The notes under the pieces: generated by a model | What the model saw: the letters and a program-made list of their open reading frames with translations, nothing else | Told to the model about the DNA's origin: nothing | Database searches by the model: none | Source of the DNA: Octopus sinensis | Taxonomy: Eukaryota | DNA: 64,000 nucleotides | Reading direction: 5' to 3' | NCBI RefSeq assembly: GCF_006345805.1 | Contig: NC_043016.1 | Location: 6,262,001 to 6,326,000 of the forward strand | Made by a program: the position numbers and the translations under genes | Shown here: positions 11,356 through 23,018 of the stretch, one piece after another | Numbering within the stretch: the first letter of the stretch is position 1 | Layout of the letters: each line of letters starts with the position of its first letter

Positions 11356-11724
11356 GGCGCAATGGTCCAGCGGTTAGGGCAGCGGACTCGCGGTCGAAGG
11401 ATCGCAGCTTCGATTCCCAGACCGGGCGTTGTGTGTGTTTATTGATCGAAAATACCTAAAGCTCCATGAGGCTCTGGCAGGGGGTGGTGGCGACCCCTGT
11501 TGTACTCTTTCGCTCCAACTTTCTCTCACTCTTTCTTCCTGTTTCTTGTCCCTGACTTCCTACGCAACCGCTGAGCCTGGATGCGCATTCATCCATCCGT
11601 TGATGCTCTCGGTGTTGGGGGTTGACCTGCTTTCTCTCTTCTGTGGGTCTTACGAATAGCAAAGGACCACGTTTCGGACATCTCCCAAGAGGAAGAAGAC
11701 TGCTTCGCTCAACAAACAAACAAA
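11356..11724 (+). mobile_element. tRNA-derived SINE (family C) with (ACAA)n tail
   Basis: Head GGCGCAATGGTCCAGCGGTTAGGGCAGCGGACTCGCGG...TTCGATTCCCAGACC, ending ACAAACAAACAAA. A closely similar copy lies at 17650-18030. Confidence 0.85.
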
Positions 11725-12147
11725 GCAGCAGTAGCAGCATCTTTTAACATCCATCTTCCATGCTAGCATGGGTTGGATGGTTTTGACAGGATATGATGTG
11801 TTCAATGATTTCATCGTGCTCCAACGTCTGCTTTGGCAAAGTTTCTACAAGCTGATGCCTTCCTGATATCAATTATTTTATAGTATGTATTTGTTCCTCT
11901 TTTTGTGACTCTATGCAGAATATAAAACTAAGGTTCCCCTTCACTGAGTAGGGCTGAGTAGGTTCCCCTTGACTGAGTAGAGAATAAGGTTGCTTTATAC
12001 TTGGAGATGAGAGGTTAAAAGTATGAAAGAAAGGTCTCATAGGTTTCTTGCTGCGGAAGAGTGACATGGTTACTCACTTTATTGAAAAGTGAGTGGCAAT
12101 ACTATTATTGCTATTATTAGTAGTAGTGATATTAATAATTTATACTC

Positions 12148-12328
12148 TTGCCTGGCTTTGCCAGCCTCACCTGGCATCTGTGCCAGTGGCACGTAAAAAG
12201 CACCCACTACACTCATGGAGTGGTTGGCATTAGGAAAGGCAACCAGCTGTAGAAACACTGCCAGATCAGACTGGAGCCTGGTGCAGCCTCCTGGCTTACC
12301 AGACTCCAGTCGAACCGTCCAACCCATG
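12148..12328 (+). mobile_element. RTE 3'-UTR copy, tail lost
   Basis: GTGCCAGTGGCACGTAAAAAGCACCCACTACAC...CGAACCGTCCAACCCATG. Confidence 0.85.
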
Positions 12329-12894
12329 ATAAAAGTTGTGTTTTTCTGTCCATCATATGTTGTCCTCATGTGAAAATGATTTTCAAGTAATTTTTTTTTT
12401 AAATAAAAAATTAAAAAACTGCATTTATTCAATTTATTCATTAAACTCACATATGCAATGTAAAGAAAATAAGGTCTGCATTTTATTTTTGGTCAAAGTT
12501 TAATTGTTCTTTGCATACTATTGAAAGAAAAACAGGGCCATGAATATTCTACTTTTAAATGCAACAACAACAGATTGTGTGATAAAAGGGAAAAAAATAA
12601 AGGTGGAAAACTGGAAGAAAGAAAAAAAGTAATAAAATTAGCAACAGATTTACTAAAATCTTCAATCAGTGAAACACGTAATTCTGCTGTAAATCTGTTT
12701 CAATTTATTGACTGTTCTTCCTTCTGCTAACTAAAACTATATATTTTCAATATGGTTAAACTATTTTACAAAAACCTTCAGTCTGTGAAATGGTCAATTT
12801 GCCATAATTTTTGTGAAAATTTCATCATTGCAGCTGTTTTACTATTGTTCTTTTTGTTGATATTTTTACTGGTGCTGATAGTGTTGACTACCTC

Positions 12895-13320
12895 AGAGGA
12901 ATGGTGGCAGTGGTGGTAGTGGTGGTGTTGGTGGTAATGGTGCTGGTGCTGGTGGTAGCTGTGGTTACTTTTATATTGTTTGGCCAACCTGTTGCCTAAA
13001 TGGTGTTGACATTAGTGTTGCATTTATTTATTCCATTACCATTTATTTATTCCAATACCATTTGAGACTTGAAGAGCTGGAAAATCTTTTCCTTTTGAAA
13101 AAAATAATAATGCATGCGTGCTGTTGCTATTGGTAGCTTCGTTATTATTGTCCTTCATGTTGTTGTTGTTGTTTTTGTTGTTGTTGTTTTTGTTGTTGTT
13201 GTTGTTGTTATTGTTGTTGCTGTTTTTGTTGTTGTTGTAGAGGTGATTACTGTTGTTGTTGCTGCTGCTGTAGGTTCTACAATTGTTTTTATTGTCTTGC
13301 AGTGATGTCAAAGTATTACT
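12895..13320. repeat. Low-complexity (GGT)n and (GTT)n trinucleotide tracts
   Basis: Read directly. These tracts generate the poly-His, poly-Asn and poly-Val ORFs in the track. Confidence 0.9.
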
Positions 13321-13950
13321 AGAAAATGGTGTGACAATGATGTCAAAATCTTTTGTTGTCATGGTGACAGCATTTCTGTTTGTTCTCAAATCGGACAATT
13401 CTAGATGCTAGCCTTTGTCTCCTACCACTCTGAACATTATGATTGATTTTCTTTCATCTGGTTTTCTTCTTGTTTTGTTTTCTCCTAAAAGCAGAAAAAT
13501 AATGATTTGTCCACAATTGCAGCAGCTCTCATCTATGAAAGAACTTCCTTAGGGGACAATTCTGAACTGACAAAATACATCTTTAGAATCTTTGTCAGCT
13601 TTTCAATAAATCTAACCAGAAAAAGCAAAATGAATGCTACCATGGTAGTGGTGGCAATGGCAGCGGTTGTGGTGATGACGATGACAACAACAACAACAAC
13701 AACAATTGTTTCAAATTTCAGCACAAGTCCAACAGCTTTAGTGGGAAGAGGTTGTGGATTGTTTTAACTCCAGTACTTGACTGGTGCTTATTTTATTGAC
13801 CTCCCTCAATGAATGAAAGGCAAAGCTGATTTCTGTGCAAGATTTAAACTCAGAATGTAAAGGGAAGCAGAAGAAAAGCTACAAAGAATTGTGTCTGACA
13901 CATAAAGGATTCTAACAGTACACCGCTATAATAATAATAATAATAATAAT

Positions 13951-14035
13951 ACAGGCTTACTATCCCTACAGGAAGTGCAAAAAATCGTGTTAACTGGAAC
14001 GGCTCATGTACTGAGAAGAGCATTATCGCTGTGAA
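13951..14035 (+). mobile_element. Short 3' fragment of an R4/Dong-like LINE behind a (TAA)n tract
   Basis: GLLSLQEVQKIVLTGTAHVLRRALSL* matches the C-terminus of the RLE element at 14222-16527. It follows (TAA)n at 13928-13951. Confidence 0.65.
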
Positions 14036-14221
14036 AATAACATCCATCCATGAATTTATTTATTCATTAATTTTTTAAATACATATTTTATCTGTGAATT
14101 TGCATGTGTAATCTGGGAATGCATACAATGAACTTCTCTGCCCTAGGTGTATGGAAAACACTTGGTGAGAAACAGAAGAAAATTTGAAGAAAGAAGGAAA
14201 AAACATAATAATAATAATAAT

Positions 14222-16527
14222 ACAACTCTGGGCCCCTATAACAACTGAAGAGATCACCCAGGCACTGCAAACACTAAGCAACTGATAGGCAACTGGGCAC
14301 AACAAGATCCCCAACTTCTGGTTAAAATACCTTACAGGAACACATAATGAGCTGACTGAGAAATTTAATGAAATAGTAGCAGAGCCAGAGACAATGCCTG
14401 AATGGCTGACAGAAAGGAAAACTAACCTAATTCCCAAATCTACTGAAATGGCAACCCCACAAAATTACAGACCAATAACCTGTCTCCCTACAATTTACAA
14501 AGCCTTTACTGCAATAATATCGCAGAGATTGAGCAAGCATCTGGAAGATAACAGTTTCCAGAAGAGCAGAAGGGAAGCTGCAAGGGCTCATACAGCAGTA
14601 AAGATCAGCTACTGATCAATAAAGCCATAACTGAAGACAGCCACAGAAAGAAGAAGGATCTAAGTTCGGCTTGCATCGACTATCGAAAGGCTTTTGATAA
14701 TATTCCTCACACATGTATCCTAGAAACACTAGTCATGAACAAGGTAGCACCAATAATCATAAAATATATAAAACATTCCATGAATAAATGGCAAACAGTG
14801 CTACAGCTCCAGACAAAAGATGGACTCATAAAAACCAAAGCCATCCCCATTAGAAGAGGAATATTCTGGGGAGACCTTCGCTCTCCACTCCTTTTCTGCT
14901 TGGCACTGATACCTTTATCTGACATGCTAAACAGAACTGGATGTGAATGCAACTGTTACAGCAAAACAATCAGCCACCTCTTATATATGGATGACCTAAA
15001 ACTGTATGTTACAAATGATAAACAGCTGAAAACTTTACTACAAATGGTACATGGATTTACCAAAGAAATAAACATGTGCCAAAGCAACCTTGAAAAGAAG
15101 AAAACTAGTTAAGAGGACCAACATCATACTAGATAAAGCAAATGAAATAAGAGAATTAGACCAACGCTAGACATACAAATACTTAGGAATCAATGAACTA
15201 GATACGATACAACATACACAAATGAAAGAGAAAATAAAGAAAGAATACTATAGACGAGTTAGATTAATACTGAAAACAGAGCTTAATGCGAGAAACAAGA
15301 TAAGAGGTATCAACACTCTAGCTGTTCCAGTTATAAGTTACAGCTACAATATTCTTAACTGGACACTAAATGAACTAATCAAAATAGAAAGGGAAACAAA
15401 AAAAAAATAATGACAGGATTTAGACCGCACCATCCAAAAGGCCTTATACAGTTAGAAAACTATTACAAAATAACCACCATAGGATTACAGAAATACCAGC
15501 TTCAGAAGCAACAAAAACTAATACAAATAGCCATGAAATACAAACAAAACAAAAAAAAAAACGTTTTCTGTCTTTAAGGAAGCTGACAAATACAAAAAAG
15601 AAGTCATACCACCTAACAAATATGAAGAAAAAGAAGAAACAATGAAAGCTGTAAAACAACTGAAATCCAAACTAAAACTGGAACAATGGCAAGAAAAGCC
15701 CCTTCATGGTAAATACTGGACTAAACTAAACAGAAAAGAAATAGACAAAGCAAAATCCCAGCAATGGCTGAGAAGCTCAGGACTCAAAGCAGAGACTGAA
15801 GGATTTTTAATTGCAGCACAAGATCAAAACCTTCCCACCAGAAATTACCAAAAACATGTAACGAAAAGAAATACAGGTAACTGCAGAATATGTGGAGATG
15901 GACAAGAAGCTATAAATTATATTGTCTCTGGCTGCCCAGTCCTGGGTAAGAAGGAATATATTCACAGACACAACAGAGTTGGGACCTACATACACTGGAA
16001 GCTATATCAACACTATGGAATAATAACAGAAAAAAGATGGTATAGGCACACTTCAGAAAAGGTCACAGAATATGAGAAAGCAACCATACTCTGGGATATG
16101 CTGATACACACAGATAGAGAAATTAAGGCCAACAGACCAGATATAATTGTCAGAGATCATGAAGAAAAAAATGCTTTCTAATTGACGTATCAATACCAAC
16201 AGATGACAATATTTCTCTAAAAGAGACTTTCAAAATACAAAGATCTGGAAACAGAAGTAACTCGAATGTGGAGTCTGAAAACGGAAACAATTCCTATCAT
16301 AGTAGCTGCATTAGGTTTGACAAAAACTATTCAGACAACTACATTACAAAATCACCAGGACTAACAAGTATATATAACATATAGTAAAAAGCACTATTAG
16401 GCACTGCACACATCCTACTTAAAATACTTTCAAGACAGCATCACAACAAGCCACAGCACATACCCAAGGCACACAGAGATGTGCTCAGTAGTGCAGTGAA
16501 AGCACATAATAAAAAGAAGACTACTGA
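14222..16527 (+). mobile_element. 5'-truncated R4/Dong-clade non-LTR retrotransposon (RT, Cys motif, restriction-like endonuclease), pseudogenised
   Basis: NYRPITCLPTIYK, DYRKAFD, RRGIFWGDL.SPLLF, HLLYMDDLKLY, CRICG...INYIVSGC, RPDII...IDVSIP, and GTAHIL near the end. (TAA)n lies on both flanks. Confidence 0.92.
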
Positions 16528-16544
16528 ATAATAATAACAGTAAA

Positions 16545-16720
16545 GATCATGCCTATAAAATTGGTGTGTTTGAAACAGTAAGTCAAGATATAGACAAATG
16601 GCTGAAAGAGATTGAAATGGAATGCCCAGCAGAGCTCCTAGAGAAAATTTGCCTCTTAGAGACAGCAAGGATTATCATGAGGGTTCTAAGCACTTGAAAG
16701 ACTTGAAAACCTGTAGATGT
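16545..16720 (+). mobile_element. 3' fragment of another RLE-type (R4-like) LINE
   Basis: IGVFETVSQDIDKWLKEIEMECPAELLEKICLLETARIIMRVLST* resembles RLE-LINE C-termini. Confidence 0.55.
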
Positions 16721-17024
16721 TTAAGATTACAGATTACAGGTAGTAACCTACTACCCACAAAAATCCTACCAGGAATAAAACCAAACCTGAGCTTTGCTTC
16801 TATAATAATAATAATAATAATTGTCATTAATTTTCTATAAAATTTTGGCATAAGGCTGTTCAGTTTTGAGAGGAGGAGGCAAGTCAATTACATTAACTCA
16901 GTGTAGGAGCTTTTATTTATTTGACTGTGGGGATTTTTATCTTTGTAGTTCACCGATCAGAGTTAAATGGAATGTAAACATTAAGATATTAATGCTTCTG
17001 CTGATGACGACAATGAGGACATCT

Positions 17025-17252
17025 GTTTCTTTACTACCCACAAGGGACTAAACACAGAGGGGACAAACAAGGACAAACGGATTAAGTCAATTACATCGAC
17101 CCCAGTGCATAACTGGTACTTAATTTATCGACCCTGAAAGGATGAAAGGCAAAATCGACCTCGGCAGAATTTGAACTCAGAACCTAACAGCAGACGAAAT
17201 ACGGCTATGCATTTCACCCGGCATGCTAACATTTCTGCCAGTTCGCCGCCTT
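17025..17252 (-). mobile_element. tRNA-derived SINE (family D), full length
   Basis: The minus strand reads AAGGCGGCGAACTGGCAGAAATGTTAGCATGCCGGG...GAGTTCAAATTCTGCCGAGGTCGA...CCTTTCATCCTTTCAGGGTCGATAAATTAAGTACC. Copies at 42746-42982 and 60770-61000; partial copies at about 10370-10510, 13770-13870, 16860-16980, 22440-22610 and 51950-52090. Confidence 0.85.
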
Positions 17253-17269
17253 AGGAGGAGGAGGAGGAT

Positions 17270-18630
17270 ATCATCATCATCATCATCATCATCAGTATCA
17301 CCATTATGTTGTGTTGGAAGGAAGAGTACTGTGGTCGTGGTTTTAATAGTTAATCAAAAACCTTAAGGGAAGGTGGCAGCAATGATAATAAAGAGGACAA
17401 TGACAACAATGGTGGCAGCGTCAGCAGCAGAAATGGAAAAAGATAGTGGCTGTGAGAGGGCAGTGGTAGTAACAATGGCATTGGCAACAGCAACTGTGGC
17501 AGTAGCTGTGGTTACTGTGGTGGTAGTAGGGGCAGTGGCACTGATGCTGGTGGTGGGACTGGTAGCTTCACTGGCAGTGGCAACATTGGGCAGCCGCAGT
17601 ATTGGCAGTGGCAGCATTGGCCAAGGGAGCATAGATGGTAGCAGCAGCAGGCGCAATGGCCCAGTGGTTAGGGCAGTGGACTTGCGATTGGAGGATCGTG
17701 GTTTCGATTCCCAGACCGGGCGTTGTGTGTGTGTTTATTGAGTGAAAATACCTAAAGCTCCACGAGGCTCCAGCAGGGGGTGGTGGCGATCCCTGCTGTA
17801 CTCTTTTGTCACAACTTTCTCTCACTCTTTCTTCCTGTTTCTTGTCCCCGACTTTCTACGCAACCGCTGAGCCTGGATTCACATTCATCCATCCGTCGAT
17901 GCTCTCGGTGTCGGGGGTTGACCTGCTTTCTCTTCTGCAGGTCTTACGAATAGCAAAAGGACCACATTTCGGACTTCTACCACTAATGGGACGCAGACCG
18001 CTTCGCTCAACAAACAAACAAACAAACAAAGGATCAGCAGCAATCGTGGTGGGAGTGATATAGGTAGCAGTAGTGGCAGTAGCAGCAGCAGTGGTGGCAG
18101 TGGTAGAGGTGGTGGTGACGGCGGCGGCGGCGGTGGCGGCGGTGGTGGCGGCGGTGGCGGCAGTGATGGTGGGATGGGTGGGGTGGTAATGGTGGTGGTG
18201 GTGGTGGCAGTGGCAGTAGCAGTGGTGGTGATGGTAGTGGCGATGATAATGAGGATTAAATGTGAATGACAGTAGGAACAACAAGCAAAGTAAAGACAGA
18301 AAAGCAAAAACTGTTTTAAATGACAAATTTTCTCTAAATTATTTAACGATCTGTTGTATATTTATCACCATAATAGGCATAACAATAGTGTTATTCTTCC
18401 TGCTCATCATCATCATCATCTCTACAACTTCCTTGTTATCGTTATCATTGTCATCATCCTCGTTGTTGTTGCTGTCACCAAGATCATCATCATTGCCATC
18501 ATCAAGTTCATTATCATCACCATTATCATTGTCATCATCATCCATACTGCCATTGTCATCAACATCGCCATCACCATGATCATCTTCATCAATATCATCA
18601 TCATCATCATTGTTATCAAGATCATCAGTC
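17270..18630. repeat. Cluster of degenerate trinucleotide tracts (CAT, GCA/GGT, GGC) around a SINE
   Basis: Read directly at 17270-17640, 18035-18260 and 18390-18620. Confidence 0.9.
17650..18030 (+). mobile_element. tRNA-derived SINE (family C) with (ACAA)n tail
   Basis: Colinear with 11356-11724 from head to tail. Confidence 0.85.
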
Positions 18631-18900
18631 GCCTTACTGGCACCTGTGCCGGTGGCATGTGTAAAAAGATTTGAGCAAGGTCATTGTCAGTGCCACCTGA
18701 CTGGCCCCCGTGCCGGTGGCACGTAAAGAGCACCCACTACACTCTCGGAGTGGTTGGCATTAGGAAGAGCATCCAGCTGTAGAAACTCTGCCAAATCAAG
18801 ATTGGAGCCTGGTGTGGCCATCTGGTTCGCCAGCCCCCAGTCAAAATCGTTCAACCCATGCTAGCATGGAAAGTGGACATTAAACAATGATGATGATGAT
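18625..18900 (+). mobile_element. RTE 3'-UTR copy with (TGA)n tail
   Basis: Two GTGCCGGTGGCA units, the conserved AGGAAG..CATCCAGCTGTAGAAAC block, the palindrome and the tail. Confidence 0.9.
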
Positions 18901-19600
18901 CAGAAGTAGTATCATCATATCATCACCATCATCATCATCATCATCATCATCAATTTTCTCTCTATTTTTCTATACAGACATAGACTGGAAAGCCTGAGTC
19001 AGGTCTTATTCAGAGTTGCTACCCTCCTTCTTAGACAGGTCAGAGTCCCATGTCTATCATTGGTAAATTCCAATATTCTTTTCCCCCAAAATATTTCATG
19101 GAACCTAAAATAATACATTCGGCACAAAAACAGCAAAACTATTTTAATTTGCTTTTGTTAAATGCGATATTCCATTGATATTCAATTCAGCTATCTTGTT
19201 TAAATGTGATATCTTTTTTTATCCTCTTCTATGTTAGATCATCCACACATTTATTTACGACTGAATCTATACATAATTTTTGAAACAAAATATTTCTTTA
19301 AATGTATTAAATATGATATTTTTTCACATATACACCTTTTACTTCAATCAATGATGTCACTCCAGCTTCCATGGTTGCAAACAGATTTGGCCGACCTTGA
19401 ATTTAAGAAGCTAGTTATTAAGAGTTTTCATGCATATTAATAAGAAGAGAAAATCACTTTCTGAAGAATTTTATTACATACATTTAGGCTCCGTGTGTTT
19501 GTGTGTGTATGTTTGTGTTGTATATGTGTCTGTGTGTCAGTGTCTCTGCATCTGTGCATGCTTGTTTTTGCAAGCAAACATACATACATACACAAACATG

Positions 19601-19632
<32 letters not shown>

Positions 19633-19789
19633 ATTCTTGAATCAAAGATCAAGGAGACAAGAAATCCAAGAACTCCATGTGAGTTAATTATAACTGAAGA
19701 GCAAATACTTTATTTTACACATTTTGCATTTTCAGCAATTCACAGCTCCTCTGAAGCAGAATATTTATATATATTTACACAGACACTCA

Positions 19790-19824
19790 CACACACACAC
19801 ATACACACCACACACACACACACA

Positions 19825-19855
<31 letters not shown>

Positions 19856-19948
19856 CGTGCGTGCGCACGCACACACATGCACACGCACACACATATGTAT
19901 ATGCACACACACATTTATACACATATACAAACACATATAAATACAACA

Positions 19949-19992
<44 letters not shown>

Positions 19993-20110
19993 AATATACA
20001 TATATATACATATACACACACACACATATGTATGTATATACATACATATATAAATATATATGCATGTATGTTTATATCTGTATGTATGTATGTACAGATT
20101 TCTATGTTTT
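19790..20110. repeat. Compound (CA)n/(TA)n microsatellite
   Basis: Read directly from the sequence. Confidence 0.95.
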
Positions 20111-20229
20111 ATGTATGTATTCTCATGCATATAGTTACATATCTAGACATGCTTCTATATATTCAAATGATAAACTTCTAGAAAGTTTTACAGATTTTTA
20201 CAGTTCCAGTGATGGATTGGATCTGTAGT

Positions 20230-21220
20230 CTCCAAATTAGCTTTCTCCTTTCTGGTTTAGAGAAGCCTAATTTCTCAAGATTGGTATTTAGGCAGTTGTT
20301 ACATATCCCAGGGCCCCAATAATTACAGGTATAAACCTGAACTTATAATCAGGATAGAGTAACTGCAGATTTCTCAACAGTTCAGCATAGGCACTCTCTT
20401 TTTCACATTATGTTAACATCTGCTGGGCAGCTAATTTCCACTACTGTGCATAGTTTCTCTTTATTTTTTTATCCCTAATCATTATATCAGGTCTGTTGTG
20501 CTTACATTTTATTGAGGCCTTCACTGGTACATTCCACCAGTATTCCTTTTTATTATGAGTGGCTATGGCTTCTACCATATTGTGGGTTCTTATTTCTTTG
20601 TCCTCGGGATTACTCTTCTGACGGATTTCATTATAGAGTTTCATAGCTACAACGTCATGTCTCATCAGTAGATAATACTGTGATGATATTTTTGGACAAC
20701 TGATTATGATGTGGGTGATATCTTCAGTGTGAACGCCACAAAGACTGCATCTGTTGTCACATTTTACGGCTTTTCCTGCATCTCTATCCCTTTTGTACAT
20801 CAGGTACTTGGTTGATATTTCCTTTCCTGGATTGCAAACGCATACCCTTCAAAGTGGGAGGTAATAATCCGGCTATTCCTCTGTTATAAACTGCTTTAAT
20901 GGTCAATGTTACTATCATCACGGAGCCTTCTACTAACATATCCATGCATAGTTTTCTGCTCATATAGGCTCATCCTTTCATCTGATGATACTTTGTGGTA
21001 GAGTCATTAGGCATGTATTCTAGGTGTTGCTCAAGGAGCTACCTTCCAAGTCTTATGATGTTATGCAAACTTGGTCAAGGGATGCATTTCGATGCTCGGT
21101 GGTTAAAAGATGTTGCCAAAGGGATATGATGCGACATTCAAAGGCATTTTGGATTGATGTTAAGCCTTGTTTACATTTTAGGTAGAGACAGTCTGTGTCA
21201 CTGTTTATGCGGAAATTATG
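20230..21220 (-). mobile_element. R4/Dong-like LINE C-terminal fragment (Cys motif and RLE), a family distinct from 14222-16527
   Basis: ORF 20441..20800 has CSLCGVHTEDITHIIISC...RHDVVA...HNRPDIMI, continuing as VVEISCPADVN...FIPVIIGALG. Confidence 0.88.
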
Positions 21221-21484
21221 TGTATGTATGTATGTGTGTATGTATATATGTATTTATGTATATGATGTAAAGTTAACAACAGTTATACACAAAGTACAAA
21301 ATACAATGACTATGATATTCATTTAATACTTGAGATAAGTACTGGAAAAGAGTACAGAGTGCCTTGATATTTTGAACATGAGTCCACCTTCAGAAAGAAA
21401 AAAAAGGGAAAGCATAAGGGGAGAGAGAGAGAGAAAGAGAAGAAAAGAGAGAAAGGTAAGAAGAGAGAAGGAAAGGGGGGGGAG

Positions 21485-21526
<42 letters not shown>

Positions 21527-21789
21527 TAATAGCTGGTATATATAAAAGATAGTTGTTTTGTTGGTTGGTTGGTTGGTTGGCTGGTTGAATGATTTGTTTC
21601 CAATTATTCTTTGCATCATATAGAGAGGAGGAAGAAGTAGAATAGAGACAGAGAGAGAAAGACTTAATATAAGAGGGGCAGGATGGGTGCCTTATAACTT
21701 CCTGAAAAATACATACGTTTTTTTTACTGAAATTTTGCAGATAGATTTTTCAATGGAGTAGACTGCGATTATGTTGATAAAATTTATGG

Positions 21790-22008
21790 AAACAATAACA
21801 TACTAGCTGACCCTGTAGATATTTCTTGGTTTAATTAGAAACAATCATTAAATATTAAAAATCAATATAGCATTTTTACTGTTTTATTTATAAGCTATAT
21901 TTATATATATAAAACACTAAAAAATGCTGTATTGATTTTTAATATTTAATGGTTGTTTCTCATTAAACCAAGAAATATCCACAGAGGTCAGCTAGTATGC
22001 TATTGTTT
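21790..22008. repeat. Foldback (hairpin MITE-like) inverted repeat with arms of about 100 bp
   Basis: AAACAATAACATACTAGCTGACC...AAATATTAAAAATCAATATAGCATTTTT pairs with its reverse complement ending at 22008. The spacer is a TA-rich stretch of about 20 bp. Confidence 0.85.
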
Positions 22009-22113
22009 TATATTTTCATATTTCCCTTTATACTTTCTCTATCTCTCCCTTTCCAAAGTAACTTTTTATATAACGAACTCTTCTAATCCCTTCTATTGAA
22101 ACTCTCTTAACTC

Positions 22114-22162
22114 GTCTCTGATGATGAGATATCATTTATTTCCCTGAAACAGCTGTTAAGAC
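22114..22162 (+). ncRNA. Degenerate minimal type-I hammerhead-like motif
   Basis: GTCT-CTGATGA-stem II-GAAAC-AGCT-GT(T)A-AGAC, with one extra base at the cleavage site. Confidence 0.5.
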
Positions 22163-23018
22163 CACCTATCTCTTTATAAATGTCCTAGAAATATCACATT
22201 GCCTTGGCCTTGTTATCTTATCTTATTTTATTTAAAACACACACACATATTTGTATGTATGTATGTATTTACAGTATCTAATTATATAGTTATAACACAA
22301 CAAAATGGAATAAATTTAACAAATAACTGAAACTGCCAAATGGAACATTTTACTCAGTTATAACTTGAGAGTAAACAATATTTTTCCTAAAATCCTTGTA
22401 TATTGATTTCAGATTTGTTCACAGAACAACAATCTCAGTGGAGTAAGTCAATTACATCAACTACAATGTTCAATTGGTTCTTATTTTATTGACCATAAAA
22501 GAATGAAAGGCAAAGCTGACCTTGGCAGAATTTGAACTCAGAACCTGAAGAGGGCTGAAATGCTGGTAATCATTTTGCCTGGCATACTATCGATTTTGCC
22601 AGTTCACCATCTTTTATATTCCAATACATTCCCATACATACACTAATGGTATGTACACATATACAGATTACCCTTCTTTGTCACACATGCATATACACAC
22701 ACAGCTAATTATCATCTGTGTATGTATATGCGTGTGTGTGTGTGTGTGTATGTGTGTGTGTGCCAATAACATTTGTACAGGTATGAAAGTGTATATGTAA
22801 GCATATGCTAGTTGCAATTATTTGGATCTCTCTCTACGGACACACACTTTTACCATCTCTTTTCTACAGTGTGACAGATTTTTTACACCATAGGAATTTA
22901 TCATTAGCACGTTAACATATTAGTTATTCGTGGCAAATATTATACAAATGAAAATTTTATTTTAACAAGTGAAATTAATCACCACATCAATATGTTTGAT
23001 GTTGCTACCATTTTAACC

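Noticed and set aside
11356-11430. Possible tRNA genes (also at 4187, 4590-4665, 17180-17252, 17650)
   Set aside because: They have A/B-box-like motifs but no complete cloverleaf. Each continues into a shared repeat body and tail, so they are SINE heads.
13036-13484. Poly-Asn ORF and a good minus-strand splice acceptor at 13485
   Set aside because: All three frames after the acceptor hit stops within about 75 nt, and the ORF is driven by a (GTT)n tract with no domain similarity.
17363-18733. Ala/Val/Pro/His/Ser-rich ORFs
   Set aside because: They are read-through of trinucleotide tracts and a SINE, and are open on both strands because of low complexity.
19437-20228. [12 protein letters not shown] ORFs here and at 2597-3139, 5548-6225, 27565-28090, 37272-37611, 39783-41981, 46453-46855 and 58777-59456
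   Set aside because: They are translations of dinucleotide and tetranucleotide microsatellites.
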